64,000 nt of DNA from an uncultured bacterium (lineage in GTDB: Bacteria; Actinomycetota; Coriobacteriia; Coriobacteriales; Atopobiaceae): contig CAJMPT010000001.1 in NCBI GenBank assembly GCA_905215465.1, positions 37,684 through 101,683 of the forward strand, given 5' to 3'. Position numbers and translations under genes: made by a program. The notes under the pieces were generated by a model. The model did no database searches, was not told the DNA's origin, and saw nothing but the letters and a program-made list of their open reading frames with translations. Each line of letters begins with the position of its first letter. Position 1 is the stretch's first letter. Below are positions 28,441 through 36,752 of this stretch, piece after piece.

Positions 28441-30516
28441 CTACTTCTCGCCGGCAGCACGGCGGGCGGCGTAGTCGGCCGCGAGCTTCTGCTGGATGTC
28501 GTGCGGGACCTGCTCGTAGCCAGAGAGCTCGAGCTCGAACTCGCCCGTACCGCGCGAGAGCGAACGCAGGCGCGTGGCGTAGTCCGTGACCTCGGCATAC
28601 GGGATGGTGGCCTCGACGGTGGTCTGGCCGGCGGTGACGCCGGAGCCGGCGGACATGCCCTCGACGCGGCCGCGGCTGGCGGAGACGTCGCCCATCACGG
28701 AGCCGGCGTAGCTGTCGGGCACGGTGATCTTGAGGTGGGCCATGGGCTCAAGCAGCACGGGCTCGGCCTGGTCGACGGCCTTCTGGAAGCCAATGCGAGC
28801 GGCGGTCTTGAAGGCCATCTCGTTGGAGTCGACGGGGTGATAGGAGCCCTCGTAAACGGCGACCTTCACGTCGATCATGGGGAAGCCGGCCAGGACGCCA
28901 TCGCGCATGGTCTCCTGGACGCCCTTGTCGATGGCGGGGATGAAGCCGCGCGGGATGTGGCCGCCCACGACCTCGTCAACAAACTCGTAGCCAGCACCCG
29001 GGTTGGGCTCCACGCGCAGCCAGCAGTCTCCGTACTGGCCGGCGCCGCCGGTCTGCTTCTTGTGGCGGCCCTGGGCAGAGGCCACGCGGCGGATGGTCTC
29101 GCGGTACGGAATCTTGAGCGCCACGGTGTGGGCCGTCACGCCGGCACGGGCCTCAAGGCGGTCAAGCAGCACGCTGACCTGCGCCTCGCCGATGGCGGAG
29201 ACCACGGTCTGGCCGGTGTCCTCGTCGCGCTCCACCTTGAGGGTAGGGTCGGCGTCCGCGCTCTTCTCGAGGAAGGCGTAGAGCTTGCCCTCGGTGCCGC
29301 GGGCGTCGGGCTCGATGGCAATGCGGTAGAGCGAGTTGGGGAAGCGGAAGGCCGCGGCCTCGACCTTGCCCGTGACGGAGAGGGTGTCGCCCGTCTGGGC
29401 CTCAAGCTTGGGAACCACGACGATGTCGCCCGCGGCGGCGGACTGGACGTCGGTGGTCTCCTTGCCGCACATGAGGTAGAGGTGGCCCAGGCGCTCGGAC
29501 TTGCGCGTGCGGGCGTTGGTGAGCTCCAGGCCTGGAGTCAGCGTGCCGGCCAGCACCTTGAGGAAGGACAGGCGGCCATTCTGCGGGTCGTTGAGGGACT
29601 TGAAGGCAAAGGCGACGGGGCGGTCGTCATCGGGAGAGATGTCAAGCTGCTCGCCGTTGACCAGCGGGATGCGGCCGAAGTCGGCCATGGTGGGGAACCA
29701 CGCCACGACGGCGTCCATGAAGGAGATGACGCCTTCCTCGCGCACGCAGGAGCCGGCAAAGACCGGCACAAAGATGCGCTCGGCAATGGCCTTGGCAAGA
29801 AGCCCCTCGAGCTCGTCCTGGGTGATCTCCTCGCCCTCCAGGTACTTCATCATGATCTCGTCGTCAGCCTCGGCCACAAGGTCGGTGAGCTGGACACGGG
29901 CGTCGTCGGCGGCGGCGCGGAACTCGTCGGGGATGTCCGTCACCACGGGCTTGCCGCCCTCGAGGCGGCGGGCCTTCATGTGGACGACGTCGATGACGCC
30001 GGAGAAGGCGTCGCCGGAGCCCATGGGAATGGTCACGGCGCCGAGCTTGGTGCCAAAGCGCTCCTGAAGCGTGGCGAAGGCCAGGTCATAGTCTGCGTCG
30101 GCGCGGTCCACGCGGTTGATGAACAGCGCACGAGACAGCGAGAGGTCCTCGGCGGCGTACCACAGGCGCGTGGTGATGGTGCCCGGGCCACTGGCCGCGT
30201 CGACCACGAAGAGGGCGGTCTCGCAGGCGCTCATGGCGGCGTAGGCGTCACCGACAAAGTCCGGGTAGCACGGGGCGTCCAGGACGTTGATGCGGGTGCC
30301 CTCCCACTCGACGGGGGCTATTGCCGTTGAGATGGAGAAGCCGCGCTCCCCCTCCTCGCCGTCGTAGTCCAGCGTGGGCTTTGTGCCGGCGTGGCCTCCC
30401 AGGCGGGTGGTGCGGCCCGTCAGGTGAAGCATGGCCTCGGCCAGCATGGTCTTGCCCACGCCGCCTTGGCCCACAAGGACCACGTTCTTGACCTTCTCGG
30501 TACCCTTTGCTGCCAT
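28441..30516 (-). CDS. EF-G paralogue (EF-G2/FusA2-like) with degenerate GTPase motifs
   Basis: MAAKGTEKVKNVVLVGQGGVGKT... with EF-G domains II-V recognisable. GAGGGAGG RBS before ATG 30516. The track ORF continues upstream to 31245 in a Pro/Arg/Ser-rich non-coding-like stretch. Confidence 0.85.
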   Translation of the reverse strand: MAAKGTEKVKNVVLVGQGGVGKTMLAEAMLHLTGRTTRLGGHAGTKPTLDYDGEEGERGFSISTAIAPVEWEGTRINVLDAPCYPDFVGDAYAAMSACETALFVVDAASGPGTITTRLWYAAEDLSLSRALFINRVDRADADYDLAFATLQERFGTKLGAVTIPMGSGDAFSGVIDVVHMKARRLEGGKPVVTDIPDEFRAAADDARVQLTDLVAEADDEIMMKYLEGEEITQDELEGLLAKAIAERIFVPVFAGSCVREEGVISFMDAVVAWFPTMADFGRIPLVNGEQLDISPDDDRPVAFAFKSLNDPQNGRLSFLKVLAGTLTPGLELTNARTRKSERLGHLYLMCGKETTDVQSAAAGDIVVVPKLEAQTGDTLSVTGKVEAAAFRFPNSLYRIAIEPDARGTEGKLYAFLEKSADADPTLKVERDEDTGQTVVSAIGEAQVSVLLDRLEARAGVTAHTVALKIPYRETIRRVASAQGRHKKQTGGAGQYGDCWLRVEPNPGAGYEFVDEVVGGHIPRGFIPAIDKGVQETMRDGVLAGFPMIDVKVAVYEGSYHPVDSNEMAFKTAARIGFQKAVDQAEPVLLEPMAHLKITVPDSYAGSVMGDVSASRGRVEGMSAGSGVTAGQTTVEATIPYAEVTDYATRLRSLSRGTGEFELELSGYEQVPHDIQQKLAADYAARRAAGEK

Positions 30517-30672
30517 GATGCCTCCCTCGTCGGAGTCTCTATGAAGCGTTGCAGCAACCATACCCACGCGCGGGCCAACGGTTGCGCACGCATCGGGCAG
30601 CGCGGGAGAAGTGCGTGCGGACGGTAAGGCCCCCGGCGCGGGCGGCAGCGCAGCAGCGGACGTCGCGCCACG

Positions 30673-30705
30673 AAAAAGGCCGCGGGCCCGGATGGGCTCG
30701 CGGCC
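30673..30705 (-). terminator. Intrinsic terminator after the radical-SAM gene
   Basis: GGCCGCG...CGCGGCC stem followed on the minus strand by TTTTT. Confidence 0.6.
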
Positions 30706-30745
30706 AGAGTCGCTGATGCGAGGCGCTTCTCGCCTGGTGGAGGAG

Positions 30746-32215
30746 CTACTCCTGGAGGGCCTTCTCGGCCTCGGCGTCGTGCTCGGCGATGAGCTTGGCC
30801 TTCTCGGCGATGGTGCCGTCAGAGAGCTCGTCGGCGTAGATCTTCTTGCCGGTGGGGTGCTGCTCGAGCCAGAGTTCCTCGGCGCGCTGCTCCCAGCTCT
30901 TGGCGTAGACCGAGGTGCGGGCGCAGAGGTGGTCGACGTCCTCGGGCGTGACGTACTCGGTGCACTGGGCGTCGGACTCGTGGACGATCTCGGGCAGGAT
31001 CTCCGGGTTCTCCAGCATGGGGCAGGGGCGCAGCATGTTGTCGTTCCAGGGGTAGTGCTTGCGGTAGGCCTGGAAGATGGGCTGCTGCAGGCACTCCAGC
31101 AGGGACTTCTCCTTGACGTTGGCATTGGAGTAGTGGATGAAGACGCAGGGCTCCACGTCGCCGCGGGCGTTGATGTGGCAGAACACGCGGCCGCCGGCGA
31201 TGCAGCCGCCCACGTACTCGCCGTCGTTCTGGAAGTCCATGGCAAAGATAGGCTTGCCGCCGGTCACGCCACGGACCTCGCGGATGCGGCGCAGCATGTA
31301 CTCGCGCTGCTCGACGCTGGGGCAGAGGTCGACCGTGGCGCCCTCGCCGACGGGCATGTAGTGGAAGTACCAGGCCCAGCGGCAGCCCTTGGAGATGATG
31401 GTGTCAAAGTACTCGTCGGAGCTAACCATCTCGGTGTTGGCGCGGGTGTAGGCCGTGGAGGTGCCGAAGAGCAGGCCGTTCTCGCGCATGAGGTCAAAGG
31501 CGGCCATGGCCTCCTTGTAGGAGCCGTCGCCGCGGCGGCCGTCGTTGGAGTCCTCGGTGCCCTCGAGCGAGACGCTGAAGACGATGTTGCCCACGCGCTT
31601 GACATCGTCGCAGAACGCCTGGTCGATGAGGGAGGCGTTGGTGAAGATGTTGAAGAGGCAGTCGTTGTGGGCCTCGGCCAGGCGCACGACGTCCTTCTTG
31701 CGGACGAGGGGCTCGCCGCCGGTGAGCATGTAGAGGTGACAGCCCAGCTCGGAGCCCTCGGTCACCAGGCGGTCCATCTCCTCGTAGGTGAGGTTGAGTT
31801 TGTTGCCGTAGTCGGCGGCCCAGCAGCCCACGCAGTGCTTGTTGCAGGCGCTCGTCGGGTCAAACAGGATGATCCAGGGCACGTTGCACTGGTACTTCTC
31901 GGCGCTGGCGGTGGTGTTGCGCAGGCCACGGAAGGCGGCCTCGTAGGCACCGTTCAGGATGGACGTCTTGAGCACGTGGTGATCGGTGTTGTCGATGACG
32001 TCCCAGAGGAACTGCTCCCACTTGGAGCCCGGGTACAGGCCGTTGCGAATGCCGCGAATGGCGCCGGGGGCGGTGTCCTTCAGCAGGTTGCCGGCCATGT
32101 CCAGGAGCTTGTCGAGGTTCTTCTCGCGGTCAGGGCCGCTGGCCGCCTTGATGATCTGGTCAAGCGCCAGGCCAAACGCTGCGCGCTCCGCCTTGTGGGC
32201 AATCTTGGACTGCAT
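30746..32215 (-). CDS. Radical SAM enzyme of unknown function
   Basis: The CNKHCVGC (Cx3Cx2C) cluster motif follows a roughly 110-aa N-extension. Cys-rich C-terminal half (GGCIAGG, CHINARGDVEPC, RPCPM). Confidence 0.8.
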   Translation of the reverse strand: MQSKIAHKAERAAFGLALDQIIKAASGPDREKNLDKLLDMAGNLLKDTAPGAIRGIRNGLYPGSKWEQFLWDVIDNTDHHVLKTSILNGAYEAAFRGLRNTTASAEKYQCNVPWIILFDPTSACNKHCVGCWAADYGNKLNLTYEEMDRLVTEGSELGCHLYMLTGGEPLVRKKDVVRLAEAHNDCLFNIFTNASLIDQAFCDDVKRVGNIVFSVSLEGTEDSNDGRRGDGSYKEAMAAFDLMRENGLLFGTSTAYTRANTEMVSSDEYFDTIISKGCRWAWYFHYMPVGEGATVDLCPSVEQREYMLRRIREVRGVTGGKPIFAMDFQNDGEYVGGCIAGGRVFCHINARGDVEPCVFIHYSNANVKEKSLLECLQQPIFQAYRKHYPWNDNMLRPCPMLENPEILPEIVHESDAQCTEYVTPEDVDHLCARTSVYAKSWEQRAEELWLEQHPTGKKIYADELSDGTIAEKAKLIAEHDAEAEKALQE

Positions 32216-32446
32216 GTGCGTTCCTCTCCAATCACGGGTCCTCCGCCGTCAGGTTCGACTTTTTGAACCCGTTTCAATAACGGCCCGATGTTATTCCTTA
32301 TTCCCCTTTTCAGCAATTATTTTTGTCTTCGGGTCAAAAATTATGAACGCCTGTTGAGAATAGATCTTGTACGGCCCCGACCTGCGGCTGCCGTACTCCG
32401 CCCGTCCGTGTATGCTTGAACGCACGACGTCAACGAGGGGATTCAC

Positions 32447-33622
32447 ATGGGCTTTCGCACCTACACATGCAAGATCGAGCGCAACTGCGGAGGCTGCGAG
32501 TGGCTGAGCGTGCCCTACCCCATCCAGCTGCGTCGAAAGCAGGAGCAGGTCGAGTCCCTCCTGGGAGAGATGGCTGCCAGCTGCGGCGCGCGCGTGGACA
32601 AGATCTGCGGCGTGGCGGGCGAGCCGCTGGCCTACCGCCACAAGGCGGCGACGCCCTTTGCCCCCGCCGGCCACGGCCACATTCGCTGCGGATTCTATGC
32701 CGCTGGCACCCATCGCATCATCTCTTGCGAGAAGTGCCTGGTAGAGGACCCGCGCGCACGCAAGATCCTGAACAGCGTGGCCCGCGTGGCCGAGCGGCTG
32801 CACATTCCCGCCTACGAGGAAGACCGCGGCATTGGCGTGCTGCGCCACGCGGTGGTGCGCTGCGGCTACGCAACCGACGACGTACTGCTCACACTGGTCA
32901 CCAACGTTCCCGAGTTGCGCGGACCCGACCGCGTGGTGGCCGCGCTGCGCGAGGAGTGTCCCGAGGTCACGAGCATCGTTCAGAACGTCAACATGCGCAG
33001 GACCAACGCCATCCTAGGCAAGCAGAACCGCACCCTGTGGGGCACGGGCGTCATGCACGACAAGCTGCTTGGCTGCACTTTTGAGATTGGCCCCTCGAGC
33101 TTCTACCAGACCAACCCGGCTCAGACCGAGGTCCTCTACCAGCTGGCCCTTCAGGCGGCCGGGCTCGAGAGCGGAATGAGCGTCCTGGACGCGTACTGCG
33201 GAACGGGCACCATCGGCATCTGCGCCGCGGCGGCAAACGCAGGCATCGAGGTCACGGGCGTGGAGCGTGTGGCCAGCGCCGTCAGGTGCGCCGATCGCAA
33301 CGCCCGCGCCAACGGCGTTGCCGAGCGCTGCGGTTTTGTTGCCGCCGACGCCACGGAATGGATGTCGCACAAGGCTGGCGAGAAGCACTTTGACGTGGTG
33401 CTCATGGATCCGCCGCGCGCAGGCAGCACGCCTGAGTTTCTCCACGGCGTGGCCAACCTGGCGCCCGAACGCGTGGTCTACGTCAGCTGCAACGTCCAGA
33501 CGCAGGCCCGCGACCTCGAGGTTCTTATGGGCAGGGGCTATAAGCTGCGCAGCGTTGCCCCCGTGGACATGTTCCCCCACACCAAGCACGTGGAGTCCGT
33601 GGCGGTGCTGGTGCGGAAGTAG
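32447..33622 (+). CDS. 23S rRNA (uracil-C5)-methyltransferase, RumA/TrmA family
   Basis: N-terminal Cys cluster (CKIERNCGGCEW), AYCGTGTIG, MDPPRAGS and VYVSCN motifs. Confidence 0.85.
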   Translation: MGFRTYTCKIERNCGGCEWLSVPYPIQLRRKQEQVESLLGEMAASCGARVDKICGVAGEPLAYRHKAATPFAPAGHGHIRCGFYAAGTHRIISCEKCLVEDPRARKILNSVARVAERLHIPAYEEDRGIGVLRHAVVRCGYATDDVLLTLVTNVPELRGPDRVVAALREECPEVTSIVQNVNMRRTNAILGKQNRTLWGTGVMHDKLLGCTFEIGPSSFYQTNPAQTEVLYQLALQAAGLESGMSVLDAYCGTGTIGICAAAANAGIEVTGVERVASAVRCADRNARANGVAERCGFVAADATEWMSHKAGEKHFDVVLMDPPRAGSTPEFLHGVANLAPERVVYVSCNVQTQARDLEVLMGRGYKLRSVAPVDMFPHTKHVESVAVLVRK

Positions 33623-33701
33623 GCCCGAAGACGTCACGGTGCCTTGCCAAGATCAACTTGCAAGAGAACAGGGCGGATCGGGGCCCGTCATCCCAAGAAT
33701 T

Positions 33702-33957
33702 CTGCACCGAACCCGCCTTAGTGTGAGTCTTTAGGAAACCGCTGCACCAAAGTGGCCTTAGTGCGAGCCCCTCTTTTGGGCATCGCCTTCCTCGTCAATG
33801 ATTCTATGCAATATCAAATCCACTCAACTGGACTTTCTAGTGGAAATTATTCATTTAATGATTGATATCACAGCTATGGCTGATGATTAGACTCGCACTA
33901 AGGCCACTTCAGCGCATCCGATTCAGAATCACTCACACCAGGGTGCTTTCGGTGCAG
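33702..33957. repeat. Family-A composite palindromic element, copy 3 (diverged), at the left edge of the low-G+C island
   Basis: Forward modules end at 33728 and 33768 (CTGCACCGAACCCGCCTTAGTGTGAGT, CTGCACCAAAGTGGCCTTAGTGCGAGC). Reverse modules start at 33892 and 33932. Again an exact 40-bp period. Confidence 0.75.
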
Positions 33958-34248
33958 CGGGAGGGGCGTCCCAATCGCATCAAAAGCGGTGGCGCAAGGG
34001 CCCGGCCACCTCGCCATGCCTGCCAAGACCTTCATTTGTTCCTAGATGAACAATGTCCCGCCCTCCTGGCCCCTCAATTCCCGTCACCGCCATCGTCTCA
34101 TTTTCATCGGAATAGACTCGAAACATACCTTGTGGCATTTAACATTTCACCTGTTTAAGTGGCATTTTTGTTCTTTACCTTTTTCTCTCATTTTTTAATA
34201 CCATCTCATATAATCATGAGACTAAAAGAGCGAAGAGGAGATTGCGAC

Positions 34249-35715
34249 ATGGCGCTTCCAACCAACATAGAGACCTTGCTTGATGGCCAAGTTGTGGAAT
34301 GGGCCCGAATCGAGTTCAAGGAGACCTGGGACGCACAGGCATCCTTGAAGACCATTTGCGCATTTGCAAACGACATCGATAACTGGGGAGGCGGCTACAT
34401 TGTCCTCGGCGTTAAAGAGACTGGTAGCAAAAGGGAGGCTGTTGGAGTTCCTCCCGAAAAGGTTGACGGCTGGCTCAAGGACATGCTCAACAAGTGCAAG
34501 CTCATCCAGCCTCCCTACATGCCTATCACAGAAGTCTGTTCCTACGAAGGTAAGACCTTTGTCATCGTATGGGCGCCGGGAGGTAGCCAACGTCCCTACT
34601 CATCTCCAAAGTCGATGGGTTCAAAAACAGAGCGCATCCATTGGATTAGAAAAATGGCAAGCACAATTGCCCCTTCCCACGAAGAGGAAATCGATCTGTA
34701 CAACCTGGCAAACAACGTCCCCTTCGACGATCGCATAAATCATGAGGCAGACATTTCTGACCTCAGTCTTCCTCTTATCAAAACCTATCTGAAGGAGGTT
34801 GGGAGCACTCTCTACGAGCTCGCTGATACCATGAGCTTTAGCGAGTTATGCAGAAGCATGAACATTGTTGATGGGCCATCGGAATACACCAAGCCGAAGA
34901 ACGTTGGCCTATTGTTCTTCTCACCGAATCCAGAAGCTTTCTTCCCGTTTTCGGCGCATATCGACGTGGTCGAGTTACCTGATGGCGAAGGTGGAGACCG
35001 AATTTACGAGCACACCTTTTCGGGCCCCTTGGATGCCCAGCTTCGCGATGCGCTCCGCTACCTTCGGAATTACGTAATCGAGGAAACCATCGAAAAGGTC
35101 CCAAATAAAGCAGAATCTAATAGGTATTTTAATTATCCGTATGCCGCCCTCGAGGAGGCTCTTGCAAACGCCGTCTATCACAAGGGATACGACTCGCGCG
35201 AGCCAGTCGAAGTTCGAATATTGCCCGACAGAATCGAAATCCTATCTCATCCCGGAGCCGACAGATCGATTTCCATCAGCAACCTCAGACGCTTTAGGGC
35301 ATCCAGTCGCAGGTATCGTAACCGTCGAGTTGGCGAGTTCCTTAAAGAACTACATCTAACAGAGGGGAGAAACACCGGCATTCACAAAATGCTGCGCTCG
35401 CTGTCCGAGAACGGCTCGCCCGAGCCCATCCTGGAAACGGATGAAGACAGGCTGTACTTCCTCGTCACGATTTTCGCTCGTCCGTCAGTTAGCCGTGGTT
35501 CAACATCTTCCAACAGGGAGCCAACAAAGATTGAAGGGCGCCACGAACGCATTCTTTCCTATTTGAAGGACAATCCGTCAGAAAGCCTCGCGACCGCAAG
35601 CAAGGTTCTAGGAATTAGCCCCTCCACCCTGAACAGAGACGTCGCTCAACTAAAAGCCGAGAACCGCCTAATTCGAAAAGGGCCAAAACGCGGCGGCGCA
35701 TGGCTGGTAAGTTAG
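34249..35715 (+). CDS. Schlafen-like AlbA_2 domain + HATPase_c_4-like ATP-binding domain + C-terminal winged HTH
   Basis: AlbA_2 signature EWARIEFKETWD...ICAFANDIDNWGGGYIVLGVKE. HATPase_c_4-type block ALEEALANAVYHKGYDSREPVEVRILPDRIEILSHPG. wHTH tail (ILSYLKDNPSESLATASKVLGISPSTLNRDVAQL). GAGGAG RBS 8 nt before ATG 34249. G+C is visibly lower than in the flanks. Confidence 0.8.
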   Translation: MALPTNIETLLDGQVVEWARIEFKETWDAQASLKTICAFANDIDNWGGGYIVLGVKETGSKREAVGVPPEKVDGWLKDMLNKCKLIQPPYMPITEVCSYEGKTFVIVWAPGGSQRPYSSPKSMGSKTERIHWIRKMASTIAPSHEEEIDLYNLANNVPFDDRINHEADISDLSLPLIKTYLKEVGSTLYELADTMSFSELCRSMNIVDGPSEYTKPKNVGLLFFSPNPEAFFPFSAHIDVVELPDGEGGDRIYEHTFSGPLDAQLRDALRYLRNYVIEETIEKVPNKAESNRYFNYPYAALEEALANAVYHKGYDSREPVEVRILPDRIEILSHPGADRSISISNLRRFRASSRRYRNRRVGEFLKELHLTEGRNTGIHKMLRSLSENGSPEPILETDEDRLYFLVTIFARPSVSRGSTSSNREPTKIEGRHERILSYLKDNPSESLATASKVLGISPSTLNRDVAQLKAENRLIRKGPKRGGAWLVS

Positions 35716-36006
35716 GTTTCCTTGCGCCACGCCTCGGCTGTTGCACGGGTGCCCGAGCAGTGCCTCGGTCTCCACGGCGGCCTTCGTGTGGGCGGCGGCC
35801 AGCCCGACCTCCAGGTAGCCGTCCCTCCTATCCATGAGCGTGGCCAGGCAAAGCCTGGCCACGCGGCCGGCCACGATGTCGCGGATGGACACGTCCACCG
35901 AGCGGTTGACCATGATGCCCTCGCGCTCCCACAGGGCAAGATAGTCGTACTGACCCACGGTCCCCGACGTCTGGTTTCTGCCGCAAGTGCCATTCTGTCG
36001 GAAGCC
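35668..36006 (-). pseudogene. Possible gene remnant (G+C-rich, no proper start)
   Basis: Open frame ...GTCGRNQTSGTMGQYDYLALWEREGIMVNRSVDVSIRDIVAGRVARLCLATLMDRRDGYLEVGLAAAHTKAAVE... has host-like G+C and is sandwiched between two low-G+C genes. Its 3' end overlaps the AlbA_2 gene. No RBS and no family recognised. Confidence 0.25.
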
Positions 36007-36054
36007 TCAGGCCTTTCCCCACCAAGGCCGTTGCATCAGGAATGAGAATTCAAG

Positions 36055-36387
36055 TTAGTAGAAGCTCTTCAGAACGCTGATGACATTTCGCATGAATTGT
36101 CCGTCCTCGTCTAGGTGCGCGACGACTCTCACGTTCCGGCTCTCGAGGTCATAGGCTCGCACCTGCTCGAGAGCGACCCACCCATAGCGCTCATCAATTA
36201 TCGGAAGCTCGAGATGCAGCGGAAACCCATTGTTCCTTGTGGTAATTGGGCAAACCAGCGTCATGGACGTGGAGAGATTGAAGTAGGAGGAGCTGACCAC
36301 CAGCCCAGGACGTCTTCCAGTTGGCTCGTGCCCAACCGAAGGCGCAAAGTCAAACTCAACGATATCGCCCTGGTTCAGAATGGCCAT
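36055..36387 (-). CDS. mazF: MazF/PemK-family endoribonuclease toxin
   Basis: GDIVEFDFAPSVGHEPTGRRPGLVVSS...LVCPITT is the PemK signature. Its start overlaps the antitoxin stop (TAATG). Confidence 0.9.
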   Translation of the reverse strand: MAILNQGDIVEFDFAPSVGHEPTGRRPGLVVSSSYFNLSTSMTLVCPITTRNNGFPLHLELPIIDERYGWVALEQVRAYDLESRNVRVVAHLDEDGQFMRNVISVLKSFY

Positions 36388-36623
36388 TACCAGACCTCCT
36401 TGCCAGAAGACATTCCCAGATCAATGAACTCCGGCTTTGGCCCGTCGTAGCCCCTCATCAGGCTTTGAAGCGTCATCGGCTCTTCAACTCGAGTGACAAC
36501 CAGTGAATTACCGCGCTTTTCTATATTTACGCGCTCGCCGAGATTAAAGCCGTTCTTGCGGAGCTCTTTGGGGATTGCAATTCCCACCGAATTCCCGATG
36601 CGAGTAAGTACGGCAGTGGCCAT
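36387..36623 (-). CDS. mazE: AbrB/MazE/SpoVT-family antitoxin
   Basis: TRIGNSVGIAIPKELRKNGFNLGERVNIE is a swapped-hairpin AbrB-type DNA-binding motif. It lies directly upstream of mazF. Confidence 0.85.
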   Translation of the reverse strand: MATAVLTRIGNSVGIAIPKELRKNGFNLGERVNIEKRGNSLVVTRVEEPMTLQSLMRGYDGPKPEFIDLGMSSGKEVW

Positions 36624-36657
36624 TTTGCCCTCCTCCTTTGTTGTAACGCGTACTAAC

Positions 36658-36693
36658 GATATGTTGGTTATAACATGTTATAACCAACATATC
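36658..36693. promoter_or_regulatory. Perfect 36-bp palindrome upstream of mazE (probable MazE/MazEF operator)
   Basis: GATATGTTGGTTATAAC-AT-GTTATAACCAACATATC, with 17-bp arms, beginning 35 nt upstream of the mazE ATG. Confidence 0.7.
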
Positions 36694-36704
36694 AATCCCT
36701 GACG

Positions 36705-36738
36705 AAAAAAGGCGGCCGAGCCTCACGGCCCGACCGCC
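36705..36738 (-). terminator. Intrinsic terminator after the araD-like gene
   Basis: On the minus strand: GGCGGTCGGGCC-GTGA-GGCTCGGCCGCC followed by TTTTTT. Confidence 0.75.
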
Positions 36739-36752
36739 CGAAATCGCTTCGT

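Noticed and set aside
30517-31245. 243-codon N-terminal extension of the EF-G-like ORF in the track (28441-31245).
   Set aside because: The extension is Pro/Ser/Arg/Thr-rich, overlaps the radical-SAM gene on the same strand in another frame, and precedes a strong GAGGGAGG RBS with an ATG at 30516 where EF-G homology begins.
33862-34158. 98-aa ORF inside the island upstream of the AlbA_2 gene.
   Set aside because: It starts inside the family-A repeat, has no RBS, and has an Arg/Leu/Pro-rich composition. It probably covers the promoter region of the AlbA_2 gene.
33623-36750. Integrase, att sites or a tRNA target for the low-G+C island.
   Set aside because: No recombinase ORF is present, I could see no direct repeat shared by the two borders, and the nearest tRNA genes are more than 18 kb away. 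The island is therefore reported without a claimed mobility mechanism.
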